This document shows, in pieces, positions 12,555-24,239 of a DNA stretch of 64,000 nucleotides (its first letter is position 1; every line of letters begins with the position of its first letter). Location: assembly GCA_002104905.1 (NCBI GenBank), contig MCFE01000366.1:1-64000 (forward strand). The letters are read 5' to 3'. The notes below the pieces were generated by a model. It saw only the letters and a program-made list of their open reading frames with translations. It did not search any database and was not told where the DNA came from. A program made the translations under genes and the position numbers. The stretch comes from Basidiobolus meristosporus CBS 931.73 (taxonomy: Eukaryota; Fungi; Basidiobolomycota).

Positions 12555-13795
12555 GTGGCACCCAAGCAAATGTTTGCAAGATGTATATGTTAACAGCAAT
12601 ACAAGGTATGTTGCAACTTTGCATATATCACACTAAAAAGCCGTAAAGTACACATTTGTAGAGGTTAATAAGCAGGAGGCCATATTTTTTTGATTCAAGC
12701 CATATGTGGGATATCTCTGATACACCAAAGCTACTTTTCTCTCCACTGATGGTGAGTCCAGCATCCTCAATGGCTCCTAATATGGCATCATTGTCTGAAA
12801 TATGATCATAGACAAACTTTCTTACTCCAGGCATAACTTCAGTAGTATCTTGGATTTTTGGTCCTTTGATGCTATGTCATCAACAAAGACAGCAAGTCTC
12901 CCAGGTATAAACTGATACAGCACATTCACCATGCATCTCTGGAGCTGAGCCATGGAGTTTGTAGCCCCTTGACTGAGTCTTGTCATTCTAAAAAGTCCAA
13001 ACAGTGTCTGTAGTGCAAACATATCTCTTGATGTCTCATCAAGGGGAATCTGGTCATATCCTTAGTTGAGATTGTATGTTGAGTAGATGGAGTGGCCACT
13101 AAAGCTTTCTGCAAAGTCATCAATGGGTGGAGGTATAGCAGCATCTTTGGTAGTGACAGCATTTGCAAGTTGCATGTCTTGAATGAATTGGAGTTTTCCA
13201 TTCTTCTTTTTGGTCACAAACCATCTGTTAGCATAGGGTCCATGGCAAGGTTCTAGGATACCAGCTTCTATCTTCTTCTTAAGTAGGTCATGCCCATCAG
13301 CTTGGAGTCCTCTGGGCAGTAGGTAAGGCTTAAATGACCAGGGTGTGTGGGGCACTGTATGAATCTTGATGGGTTTTTTGACCAATGTCTTTAAGAGCCC
13401 CATCTCCTTGTCATTATATGAGAAAACCTTATCATGCCTTTTCAAGGTTTCTTCAAATAACAGTATCTCCTCTGGTGTAAGGTTTCCATCACCAATGATA
13501 ACCTCTTAAGTCTCTCAGGTGTAAGTTGTATATCTTCTGGCGTTTCTTCTGGTGGTTTAATGTAATCAGCAGGTTGAGATCCATCAGTCAAAGGTGTAAG
13601 TGATGGTCTAATCTTCTGTTCTACTGTCTTGCATTTTGTCCAAACCATAACAGTCTGCTCCTGTATACCTAATGAGCAGCTCCAAATGTGGGGGTGTATA
13701 TTGTCAGGCTCCTCATCTTCTTCCATAACAACATGTGTCCTCTGGCAAGCAGTATGTGTCCTCTTATTGTTGGGTGTTACACCACAGAAGGTTGA

Positions 13796-15532
13796 CTATA
13801 GTCCTGGGTTGGATCCTTGTATGGTGTACCATACTGACCCATCAGAATAGTTGGTAGCTGTAGCCTTATTACTGGTTTCCCATGGTGTACCTAGCAGAAG
13901 GTCAAAGTTTGCCTTCTGGCAGATGAAGAGGGGAAGCCAGACCCTGATTCCTTGGACCTCAATAGGGAACTTGTGCACTACACCATAGAGTGGACTAGAT
14001 CCTGAGTATGCATCAGCCATGTTCCATCCAATATCTCTATCAACAGGCAGTAGCTCCTTGCTTCTTAGTGTATTCCAGAAGTCTAGTGGCATAACACAAA
14101 TCTCTGAGCCACTGTCAATATGGCAGTCAACAGGGTCATCATATATATACCCTTTCACCACAGCAGTTGCAACTGAGTACAAGGTCTTATATTCAGTAGT
14201 GTTGTCATCCTTTTGGTGATCTCCATGGATTGTCTGAGTTATATGGGTGTTCATATGTTCAACAGCTTGTTGTCTTGTTCTAAGATGCTCATCAAAGGTC
14301 ATCCTAACAGATGGGGATAGACTCATGATTTCTCCAACCAGCAAAGTGAGGTTCTGCTTCAGCAGCTTCTCAGTAATCAGTTGAGGGCTTGAGTAGCTTG
14401 CTATCTTTGAGGTCATCTGAAAGTGAGGCAATGGATCTTGGGTGGGCAGCATACTAGGCCTCTTGTCAATAACAACTTCAGGTCCCTCAAATTGTGGTCT
14501 TCTAAGGATAGGTTTGGCAGGTTCTTTAGGGAGGTGTCCTTTGGTAGCAAAGGCATCAACTTTGTATTGTCTGCTGTCAGGGCTGCTTGGATTCACTGCA
14601 TGAGTCCCAATAGGGGCATCATCAGTAATCTTTCTGGTTGCTGAGTCAGATTTCTGGAAAAGAGCTCTCATCCCTCCTCTTTGGAAATTGATGGGTATCC
14701 TTCTACCTTCCTTGTCAGCAAGCATTCCATCAGCATCAAACTGTACTGCTTCTTCTCTGAGTAGCTGACTAAGCTTTGAGCAATCTTGTCTGGCATGTTG
14801 AGTAGAGTCACACCAGATGCAGTGTCTGGGCAAAGGTCTTTGGCCCTCAGTAGCAACCTCAGCTGAGCCATTAATCTTGAGGGCTAGCTTTTGTAGCTGT
14901 TCAGCAAGTTGGCCAATTCTGTCAGTAGTGTAGGTCTGATTGTCAGCAACAGCACTTCTTGGCTTCTTGGTTGACTGGTCTGGCAGATCAGATGTCAAAA
15001 GTCTCATAAAGGTGGAAGTTTGCTTTGCCTCTGGGAGAACATGTTTCATCTCTGCAAAGCAAGGAATGCCAGACTTGTCATTCTTGGCTGCATGTAAGTC
15101 AACCTTCCTTGCCAAGTCCTGGGGAAGCCCTTGTGCAAGGTAAAGTGTCATGGTAAACTCAGTTATAGCCCGGGACTCTAGGAGTGGCTTGGCCATATGT
15201 TCATACTGTTGAGTGAACTCATCAAGTGGTAGCTTGGAGAGTCCAGTCCTTCCAAAGTGTCTGAGGTCTTCAATTCCATAGTATATCTGGGGTCTACCAT
15301 ACATGGTCTGTAGGTATGTCTTCATTAAGGCCCAGTCAGTGAGAATGTCTCCTTGTCTGAGAAGCTTAGTGGTAATATCATTGGTGCAGTAGTAGGGGAA
15401 GTCTTCAGCCATTTCTTATTTAGATAGTCTGCACATCATGCAGAGCTTCTCCCATTTGAATATGAAGCTTTCCACATTCCTTCCATCAAACTGTGGGGCT
15501 CCATGTGAGAGTGGTAATGGCATAGAATTCAT
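13796..15532 (-). pseudogene. gag-protease ORF of the Lys-PBS Gypsy element (one in-frame stop near the N-terminus)
   Basis: In-frame ATG at 15532 (MNSMPLPLSHGAPQFDGRNV), Zn knuckle CIWCDSTQHARQDC, a DUF4100-like segment (LITEKLLKQNLTLLVGEIMSLSPSVR) and protease HIDSGSEICVM. Confidence 0.85.
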
Positions 15533-15650
15533 TTTGGGCAGGTAGTTTGGTGTTGTAATCTTGATAATACTGGTAGTCTTGTTTCAATAAGTGGATAACA
15601 GCTGAAATCTTCAGGTAAATCTTCTTGGGTCCTAGGGACCTTGTATGAAC

Positions 15651-15668
15651 CCCCCATGTTGGGTGCCA
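15651..15668 (-). other. Primer-binding site, tRNA-Lys(1,2)-type
   Basis: Minus strand TGGCACCCAACATGGGGG versus the canonical TGGCGCCCAACGTGGGGC; the two internal differences are both CpG>CpA. It lies 4 nt inside the LTR. Confidence 0.75.
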
Positions 15669-16699
15669 AACATGTGGTGGTGTATAGGTCCAAGGGAGAA
15701 ATACGTCTAACACTTCCCAAGTGTTTTGTGTGTGGGGTGCTCACTGGGTGCAATAACCTCTGGCAAAAGCTTGCTAGGAATACTTGGGTACTGTCTCTAA
15801 TCTAATGTGAAGGGGAATAAAGCCACAAGCTTGTCAAGGGAAAACTACTGAGCTACAATCCCCAACTTAGTTGGTGTCTTAACAAAAGTATGTGCTGGGT
15901 TCAGTGTCCTTTGAGATGATAATGTACTAAAGCTTCCAAAGTCAAAGCAACTGTAAACTCCACCGGCAGGGACTTGATAAGAATGCAGCTGTGGTCAATA
16001 GTTCCAAAGACAGAAAAGTATCTTTGCCTGTACACAAACAAACTTGGGAAAGAATCAAATATAATAAAAGATACCTACTCTAAGTATTCCTCACAAGTAG
16101 TGCCTCCAAGGTCAGTTGGCTGTCAGCACAGTTTCCTGGGAGTGTCCTGTGGTCTGGGGTTGGAAGTTCAGGTAGCAGCAGGTAGCAGTGATCACACTAA
16201 TCAACAAGTTGGTATATTGATAAAAGGGATGATGATTTATTGTTGAGGGATTGCCCCCTTAGATACTTTTCTCACTGGCAATGCAACTACTAATCATGGT
16301 GTTCCAGAAGGTTGCAGTAGTCAGGTAGAAATCTTAGTAACATCAGAATCCAACCAATCAGGAATCAGTATTCTGAAACCTGTGTAACATAGGGATACCA
16401 TATATTGTACAGAAATGGTAGGGATGGTGAAATGGGTTGATCATGTGTTGCAGGTACTGGCGTGGGTACTTGCCTAATATAGAAGCACTTATAGCTAGTA
16501 ATCTTACATAAAGTGAGGGGTGACTTATGCAATAAGGTAAGCAGGTGTGATAGTCAACCAGCTTATGGGATAGTACTGATTGGGTAAGACAAATGGGATA
16601 AAATTAAAATAAGTGTAGTAGAGATATAGCAAAGTAGAAAATAAGGGAATGAGCACATCTGTCAGTGGGTGTCACTGTCACCCCACTCCAGCAGGACCA

Positions 16700-18740
16700 A
16701 ATTATTTTTCATAGGGAAAACCCATCCCCCAGCTTGCAAGCATCATCCAGACCAGAAAAGTCTATATTGGATGCATTTGAATTCTTGCCATATTACTTTA
16801 GTTGGGCCCAAGTGCTAATAATCCAGCAGAACTTGATACCTCAGAGTGTCAAAAGAGATGGTTGAGTTTTGGTAGAGAGCTGTGGCATGAGTCCTACATT
16901 AGAATGCCAGCAGATGTATGTAAGACAATATATTACATGATAAGTATTGAAATCAAAAATGATCTTCTAGTGGGGGATTTGATGAGGAAGCAGCACAAGA
17001 ACAATTTTGCTTGCATTTTTTATAGTGAGGGTCAGACATATCTGTTTGGGTCTCATCTTTGGGAACCAAAGAGTGTTTAAATGAGTCTTTGCCTTGATAA
17101 TTCTTGTACTACCTCATTTATTAGTAGAGCCAAGTGGCTTCTAAGAGCTATACAAGCAGGACTCATCATGGCAACATTTCAAAGGTAGCAGAGAGAGGGT
17201 AAGTGAATACCTTGAGGAATTAGAATGTGAGCTTCAAGTGGAAGACTACAGACTGCAAGCAACTTCATCTAGATTGTGCCAGCACACCTTGTTGGATTCC
17301 TTACAATACCTTGTAATGCTGGCAAGACAGTGCATGTCAGTTCAATCAATGCCAACACCCTTCACAAAGGCACCCTGCATCAAGTCAACATGCATCAGAT
17401 TAACATGTATGCTTCAGAGTAAAACTACCAGAACTTGCAAAGCTGCTCATTTAGCCACTAGCCTATTGGAGTGGTCCAAGTGGTCTAAGCATATAGCATC
17501 ATATTGAACTCAGACAAAGGCTATGCCAAAGCATCAAGTTTTGCTTGCACATACTGCTACACTGAATCATTAGCAAGTTACTTCTGGTGAACTGACTAAC
17601 AATGACCCCCATGAAGTGCCTCCAGTACAAGAGCCATTGGCAAGTAAAAGAGCACATCAGTATGTGGCACTTCAGGCTGGTTCCACCAAGTCACCTGGAG
17701 CAATTCAGCATGGCCAAGCTCCAGCATTATACTCATCAAATAGCAGGCAAAATACTGACTACAAGTACACAAATAGCCACAATGATATTCAAAAGAAAGT
17801 GGTTCAGGTTTGCAAAGTGAATCACTTCCAAATGCTTCAGCAGTAGGCCTTGTGAGAAAAAAACCTAAGATAGGTTCATGCAATTGCATTGAATTGCAAC
17901 CATTTGTCATGAACCACATAAAACTTCTTTTTACAATCCAAATGAAGCCTTTGTAAATTGACAGTCACCAAATTTTTGATCCAAGTAACATCAAGGTTGC
18001 CTCACATCTAAAACAGAGCCCTTGTTAATACACACTCTGCATATATACATAGTTTGTGACACTAGTGCAGCTATTGGATCGGATTTGCACCTACGCAATT
18101 GGTTGCATGCTTGCTACAACACCTTGTCCAACCACTAAGATCAGGGATTTACTTGTTCAATAGGCAAAATGGGATATTTGATGGTGAATCAGGTTGTTGG
18201 TGTATTGGTCAATGAGCCCATTGAGGGCTCACAGCCTCAAGATACTCTTAGGTCAATCAACTTAATGACATACCATCCAATTGCAGTGATGGTAGCCAAC
18301 ATGGTAAGTATTAGTGCAGTTTGTATTGTAATACACACTTATATCCACTAGCATCAAAGAGACATATTCCAAAATTAGATTTTACCTACAACAATAGTGG
18401 AATCCAATTGTGCACATGATGCAAACATTACAAGTTGGCGCATTTATCTGTACTAACCTCATCATGTCAGATTTTCCATAGTGTGCAATATTTTCCACAT
18501 AGTGCAAAATTGATCAAGAGAAATCCTGCCTATTGGTTACTAAAATATTGCGCCCAATTCTTCTTGACAACCTCAGATTGCACTGTGCACCCTGGCATTG
18601 GATGGTGGAACAAGTCTATCTACCAAGGCCAAATGCAGCAATAGTATACCACTTGCACTTACCCAACCAGGTAACAGATTGAAGAAGTTCCAGGTCCAAA
18701 GTTATAAAGATTCTCAAAGTAAGGAAAGATTAATAAAAAT
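16700..18740 (+). mobile_element. Heavily decayed retroelement gag-protease-like remnant
   Basis: Fragmentary frames give GGFDEEAAQEQFCLHFL, GSRERVSEYLEELECELQ, a knuckle-like ACTYCYTES and protease-like IVCDTSAAIG. Confidence 0.4.
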
Positions 18741-18744
18741 AGAA

Positions 18745-18970
18745 AGTGTTGCATTGCTACAATATCTCAAAATTAATATTGCACCCATTTCTTGATTTTG
18801 CCTTTTGCTATCATAATGAACAAATGAAAGATCAAGAATCTCCAACTTTGAAGGACAAAACTCAAGACTTTGAAAGCAGTCTGTGTAAGAATAACATGTC
18901 ATGCAGAACACTCACAAGCTGGCACATGTCCAATATTAGAACTTGTTTGATTGCCTAAGCACTTTGATCC
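18745..18970. repeat. Diverged fragment of the LTR family at 8431/42505 (reverse orientation)
   Basis: TTTTGCTATC...GAAAGATCAAGAATCTCCAACTTTGAAG matches the reverse complement of 9400-9590. Confidence 0.7.
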
Positions 18971-19138
18971 TACTATGTTCCAATGCTTTCTTTCCTCAAG
19001 GTGTATCTGCATCTTGATTCTCCAAAGTCTGTAGTTCTTCCCATCAAACCTCTCCTTTACAGGGAAGATGTTGGTATTGCTTTGTTTGCTGGTAGAAGTC
19101 ATCTTTAGAATAGATTAAGGCAATCAGGGCTCATAACC
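18971..19138 (-). mobile_element. Tandem partial Copia copy: PBS plus first ~45 gag codons downstream of the shared LTR
   Basis: 18971-19508 is nearly identical to 23642-24178; ORF MTSTSKQSNTNIFPVKERFDGKNYRLWRIKMQIHLEERKHWNIV; PBS at 19127-19138. Confidence 0.9.
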
Positions 19139-19508
19139 TGTTGCAATTTAAGAAGTGATTTGGATACAAGGAACTTATCAAGAATTAGTGATAATAGTTG
19201 AACTGTTGTTTATTCATAAAGAAGCTCGGTATTTATACCTTTGTAGAAGAAATACAGCTGCAGCACTAAGTAGGGAGAGTTTCTCAATATTCAGGAGCAT
19301 TCTGTAACAGTTTCAGGGTTAGTACATAATGTTTGGTAATAGTGCTAATTTGATCCTGACTATAGGGGAATAATCATAAGATCATATATCTGGAGAAAGT
19401 GGCAAAGTTAAGGCAGTAAATGAGTCCTACAGTGACCAAGACTAGCCTAGAATTGTTAAGTAAATTTTTAGCTGCTGAATGATACAAAATAGTCCAATAT
19501 TTAAAACA

Positions 19509-22500
19509 CTCCCCCTCAACTAAATAATTTCTATATCCCAATTTCTCTCTAAGGATCTCAAGCTGTGGCCTAGCTAGTGGTTTTGTCAATATGTCTGCCA
19601 TCATTTTGTCAGTTGGGCAGTAAACCAGCTCCACTAAGTTATTTTCTACAGCTTCCCTCACAAAGTGATGCTTTGTATCAATGTGCTTAGTTCTGGCATG
19701 ATTAGTAGGATTTCTAGCTAATGAAATACAACTTTGATTATCCTTGTAAATACATGTTGGTTCACCTGAATTAAAACCTAAGTCTTTGAATAATTTTTGT
19801 AGCCATATAGCCTCCTTAGTTGCTTGACATGCAGCCATATATTTGGCTTCAGTTGTAGATAGTGCCACAGTTGGTTGTTTCTTGCAATTCAAAGTAATAG
19901 CTGCACCAGCATTAAGAAATACATAGCCTGTGGTAGAGTGTCTGTCAATCAGATCCCTACCCTAATATGAAACACTATAACCATCAGTTTTTGCCTATTA
20001 GCTGCTCCAGAGTATTCTGGTACCATATTTATGGTACTTTGTAGATATCTGAAAATCCAATTAACTGCTGCAATTTGGTCTGATCCATAATTCTGCATGA
20101 ATTGACTGACTATTCCAACTGCTACTGCAATATCTGGATGTGTAGACACCATCAAGTACATTAGGCTACCAACCATTGATTGATAGGGAAAGTTTTGGTC
20201 CATATTTGAGCCGTTTTCATCTATAACTGGCTGAGATTTGCTTATTTTCAGGTTATTGTCCATAGGGGTTGCTGCAGGTTTGCAATTTTCCATTTTGAAG
20301 CATCTAAGAATGTCCCTGATGTACTTAGACTGATTCAGCACAATTATCTGCGTAGGTATGTCAAATTTGACCTCAATTCCAAGAAAATAGCTCAATTTTC
20401 CAAGATCTTTCATCTCAAACTTGCTGAAGAGATCTGATTTTGTCTGTTTAAGTGCCTCTTGATCACTTGTAGCTATAATTAGGTTGTCCACATAAAGAAC
20501 TAGGATGATTACACCCTTTGTGAGCTGTTTCACATATATACTGTGATCTGCAGTTCTACAAGAGAACCCAATTTCCTCTAGATATGTGTCAATCTTGTTA
20601 TACCATGCTCTGGGTGCCTGCTTAAGCCCATACAACAATTTTCTAAGTTTGCACACCTTATGGGGGCCTTTTGGATCGGTAAAACCTTCTGGTTGCTCCA
20701 TATATATAGTTTCTTGCAAATCCCCATTTAGAAAGGCTGTTTTGACGTCCATTTGGTGTAGATCTAGACTGTGTACAGCTGCCAGGGCTAGAACTGTCCC
20801 AATAGAGTTAAACTTGGCAACCAGAGCAAATGTTTCCTTAAAGTCTAGTCCCTGGATCTGGGAATAGCCTTTAGCTACCAATCTAGCCTTGTATTTATCA
20901 ACGGCACCATTTGAGGTTATCTTGATCTTGTAGACCCATCTACATCCTATTAGCTTTCTCCCATTTGGTAAATCTACCAGTTCCCACGTTTTTGCCTTGA
21001 TCAGTGATTGGTACTCCTCCTGCATGGCTTGTTGCCACTTAGTAGCATCTGGACCTTGCATTGCCTGTTCCAGATTCTGAGGTTTGGCACATAGGGCAAG
21101 ATAAGCTTCTTCATGATCATTGGATGTCTGCCACCAGGATCCAGGGGCATTTCTTATTCTGGTAGATCTCCTAACTGAGATAATCTGTTCTGATCTGGAA
21201 CTGGTAGAAGTATCTTCCATATCTGGCTGGATTTGGTACGTATCTTCTTCATTTGTGTTGATTGCATCATCAGGCAGCTGGCCAATGATTTCCGTGGCTT
21301 TCTAATCTGAATTCTCCTCAAATACAACGTCCCTGCTCTTGATCAGCTTCTGAATTTTGCCATCATACACTCTATACCCTTTAGTATCTTCACAATACCC
21401 AAGAAAGATCCCTTTTCCACTCCTTGGTTCCAACTTTGAGCGTTTTTTGTCAGGGATGTGATAAAAAACATCACTGCCAAAGATCCTGAGGTGCTGGAGA
21501 TCTGGTTTTTTGCCTGTATATGCTTCAAAGGGTGTAGAATCATTTAGTGCTGTTGTTGTGCATCTGTTCTTGATGTATACAGAGGTAGCAATAGATTCAG
21601 CCCAAAACTTGTAGTCCATTCCCTTATCATGTAGCATGGATCTTCCCATTTCTACTATTGTTCTATTTGCACATTCTGCTACTCTATTTTGCTGTGGAGT
21701 ATGAGGAACTGTGGTCTGTTGAAGTATACCAGTAGACAAGCAGTATTTTGCAAACTCCTTTGAGCAGTAATCTCCATCATTGTCACTTTGTAGTACCTTC
21801 AGTTTACACCCAGTTTGTGCTTCTGCCATGTTCTTGAAGTGCTTAAACATCTCTAAAGCTTCATCCTTTGTTTTGAGAAAGTACATGTTGAAATATTAGA
21901 GAGATATATTGGAAGTGAATTGGAGAATTAGAAGATATACATGATATTCACTTGGTGTTTTATTGAGTTGCAACAGAGTATTTATACTTATTGCAGAACT
22001 ACGTAAATGTGACTATTTGGTCATTATTAGTGGAGTCTCAGGAGTACATGTGCCAAGTTTCAGCTCATTTGGACAAGTTTCAGATTTTCCTAAAATTCTG
22101 TACTTCTCTAATTCCTAACAATTAGTAAATATCTTACAAAGTAATTTCATGTTGATAATCTGAAATATATCATTTCACTAAGTGCTAGTTCATAATATAT
22201 TAATAATTAGGTGGACTCCTAATTATTTCAACAGTACACCCATGTATATCTTGTCTTGTCATCAATAAACGTCATAAAGTATCTCTTGGCTCCAAAGGAC
22301 AGTGTTCTCATGGGGCCACATATGTCTCAGTGTACAATAGCCAATATTTTTGGTGGTATTGATGCCTTCTGAGCTCTTGAAATGTTGCCTAACTTGTTTG
22401 CCATATGAACATCCCTTACAAACATTCAATTTGATTGCAATTGAGTATTTTAGGCCCAAAACAAGCTGATTTTTCACTAATTGGCTCATTTTCTGTTCCC

Positions 22501-23773
22501 CTATGTGTCCTAGCCTCCTATGCCACATCTCCCAGTCGGTTTCATCAGTTTCAGCAATGTTGACATACTCAGGTACAAAGATCTTGCATTGTAACTTGTA
22601 TATATTGTGATCTCTGATTCCCAAAGCTAATTTTTGTCCATTTTCACTCAATATTGAGCAGCTCAGCTTAGTAAAAACAAATTTCAGTCCCTGAGTAGTT
22701 GCTTTACTGACTGAGAGTAGGTTCTTAGCTATTCCAGGTTCATAGAGTACGTCAGTCAGTTTTGCTGTTGTTGCCCCTGAGTTATCACTCATATTTAGTT
22801 GTATAGACCCACTGGTGGTAGCTTCCAATGGAGAGTTATCTCCCAGATAAACCTTTCTTACGGGAATAGTCTTTAAGTTGCTGAACTAATCCTTTATACC
22901 GCAAATATGCTGTGATAGTCCAGAGTCAATATACCATTCATTACTTTGGTTACTTGCACTCTCTTGTACAGTGACAAATAACTGTTCATCAGTAGTTATA
23001 TGGTTTGCCTGCTCTAGTTTCTGTTTTTTGTCTTCTTGTTTCTTCTTGCATTCTCTTGCCCAGTGTCCTGGCTTCTTACAGTAGTTACAGCAGCCAGGTT
23101 TTCTTTGATTTTGTTGCTTTCCCTTCTTTTCTGTATGCCTTTCTGAACTGAATAAAGCATTATCTTCAATTTTCTCTGCTTGATCATTACGTCTGAGTTC
23201 TTCATGGAGAAGTCTTCCTTTGGCATAGTCTAAAGTCAAGTTGTCTTCTCTGCTTTCAAAAGAAAGTATGAGTGGCTCATACTTGTCTGGTAGGCTGCAA
23301 AGCAGACAGAGTATCTTTTCTTCAGCATCTACACCAGCATTAATACTGTAAAGTTCTTCTGCAAGTGTCTCCATTCTGGTAATGGGTTGGAGCATATCAT
23401 CATCTGGCTTTTTTCTCATGTTGAAGAACTTTTGTTTCAAATAAAGCTTGCTTGATACTGACTTTGCTCTAAAGATCTTCTCTAAGGATTCCCATGCTGC
23501 TTTGGCAGTATTTGAGGCATGGATTTGTCCAATGAAGGAGTCTTGCACATTGATGCATATTGCATTGAAGGCCTTTCTCTCCTTCTCTTGAAACTTCTCC
23601 ACATCTTCTGCTGTTCCTTTGGGCTCAACTTCCTTTCCTGTTACTATGTTCCAATGCTTTCTTTCCTCCAGGTGTATCTGCATCTTGATTCTTCAAAGTC
23701 TGTAGTTCTTCCCATCAAACCTCTCCTTTACAGGGAAGATGTTGGTATTGCTTTGTTTGCTGGTAGAAGTCAT
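19509..23773 (-). pseudogene. Copia gag-pol (gag, CCHC, PR, GAG-pre-integrase, IN, RT, RNase H), disrupted by stops, frameshifts and a solo LTR
   Basis: CCNYCKKPGHWAREC, WYIDSGLSQH, WHRRLGH, VLQSDNDGDY, YKARLVAKGYSQ, HQMDVKTAFLNG, LYVDNLII, ALSTTEAKYMA, TKHIDTKHHFVRE. Confidence 0.93.
21886..22233. mobile_element. Solo LTR (348 bp) inside the Copia integrase, 5-bp TSD
   Basis: 10-bp terminal inverted repeat TGTTGAAATA/TATTTCAACA; TSD GTACA (21881-21885, 22234-22238). Removal restores [20 protein letters not shown]. Confidence 0.95.
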
Positions 23774-24239
23774 CTTTGGAATAGATTAAGGCAATCAGGG
23801 CTCATAACCTGTTGCAATTTAAGAAGTGATTTGGATACAAGGAACTTATCAAGAAATAGTGATAATAGTTGAACTGTTGTTTATTCATAAAGAAGCTCAG
23901 TATTTATACCTTTGTAGAAGAAATACAGCTGCAGCACTAAGTAGGGAGGGTTTCTCAATATTCAGGAGCATTCTGTAACAGTTTCAGGGTTAGTACATAA
24001 TGTTTGGTAATAGTGCTAATTTGATCCTGACTATAGGGGAATAATCATAAGATCATATATCTGGAGAAAGCGGCAAAGTTAAGGCAGTAAATGAGTCCTA
24101 CAGTGACTAAGACTAGCCTAGAATTGTTAAGTAAATTTTTAGCTGCTGAATGATACCAAATAGTCCAATATTTCAACACTGTAATGGAAAATTTCTTTCA
24201 AGTTTTTGTAATATTTAAGGTCAATTTTTCTGATGGTAT

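Larger units (their letters stand above)
10636..12715 (+). mobile_element. Decayed CACTA-like transposase copy B, carrying a MITE and a solo LTR
   Basis: ORF 11361-11759 reads GFEQLCYKQRTEYVDLCCYCIHSPNYLAQYVETIGPCFTFWEFSMKQMCG; homologous to the other copies. Confidence 0.8.
12716..16690 (-). mobile_element. 3'-truncated non-chromoviral Ty3/Gypsy element: 5' LTR (15673-16690), PBS, gag-protease, partial RT
   Basis: LTR homologous to the TSD-bounded solo LTR at 24684-25735. RT remnants include KKKIEAGILEPCHGPYANRWFVTKKKNGKLQFIQDMQLAN and RMTRLSQGATNS...VFVDD. Confidence 0.9.
19139..24178 (-). mobile_element. Ty1/Copia LTR retrotransposon with both LTRs (19139-19508, 23810-24178)
   Basis: LTRs are ~370 bp with about 7 differences. 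PBS GGTTATGAGCCC (23798-23809, copia-type half-tRNA-Met priming) and PPT GTTGAGGGGGAG are present. Confidence 0.96.

Noticed and set aside
15651-15668. tRNA gene fragment
   Set aside because: It is only an 18-nt primer-binding site next to an LTR, with no cloverleaf.
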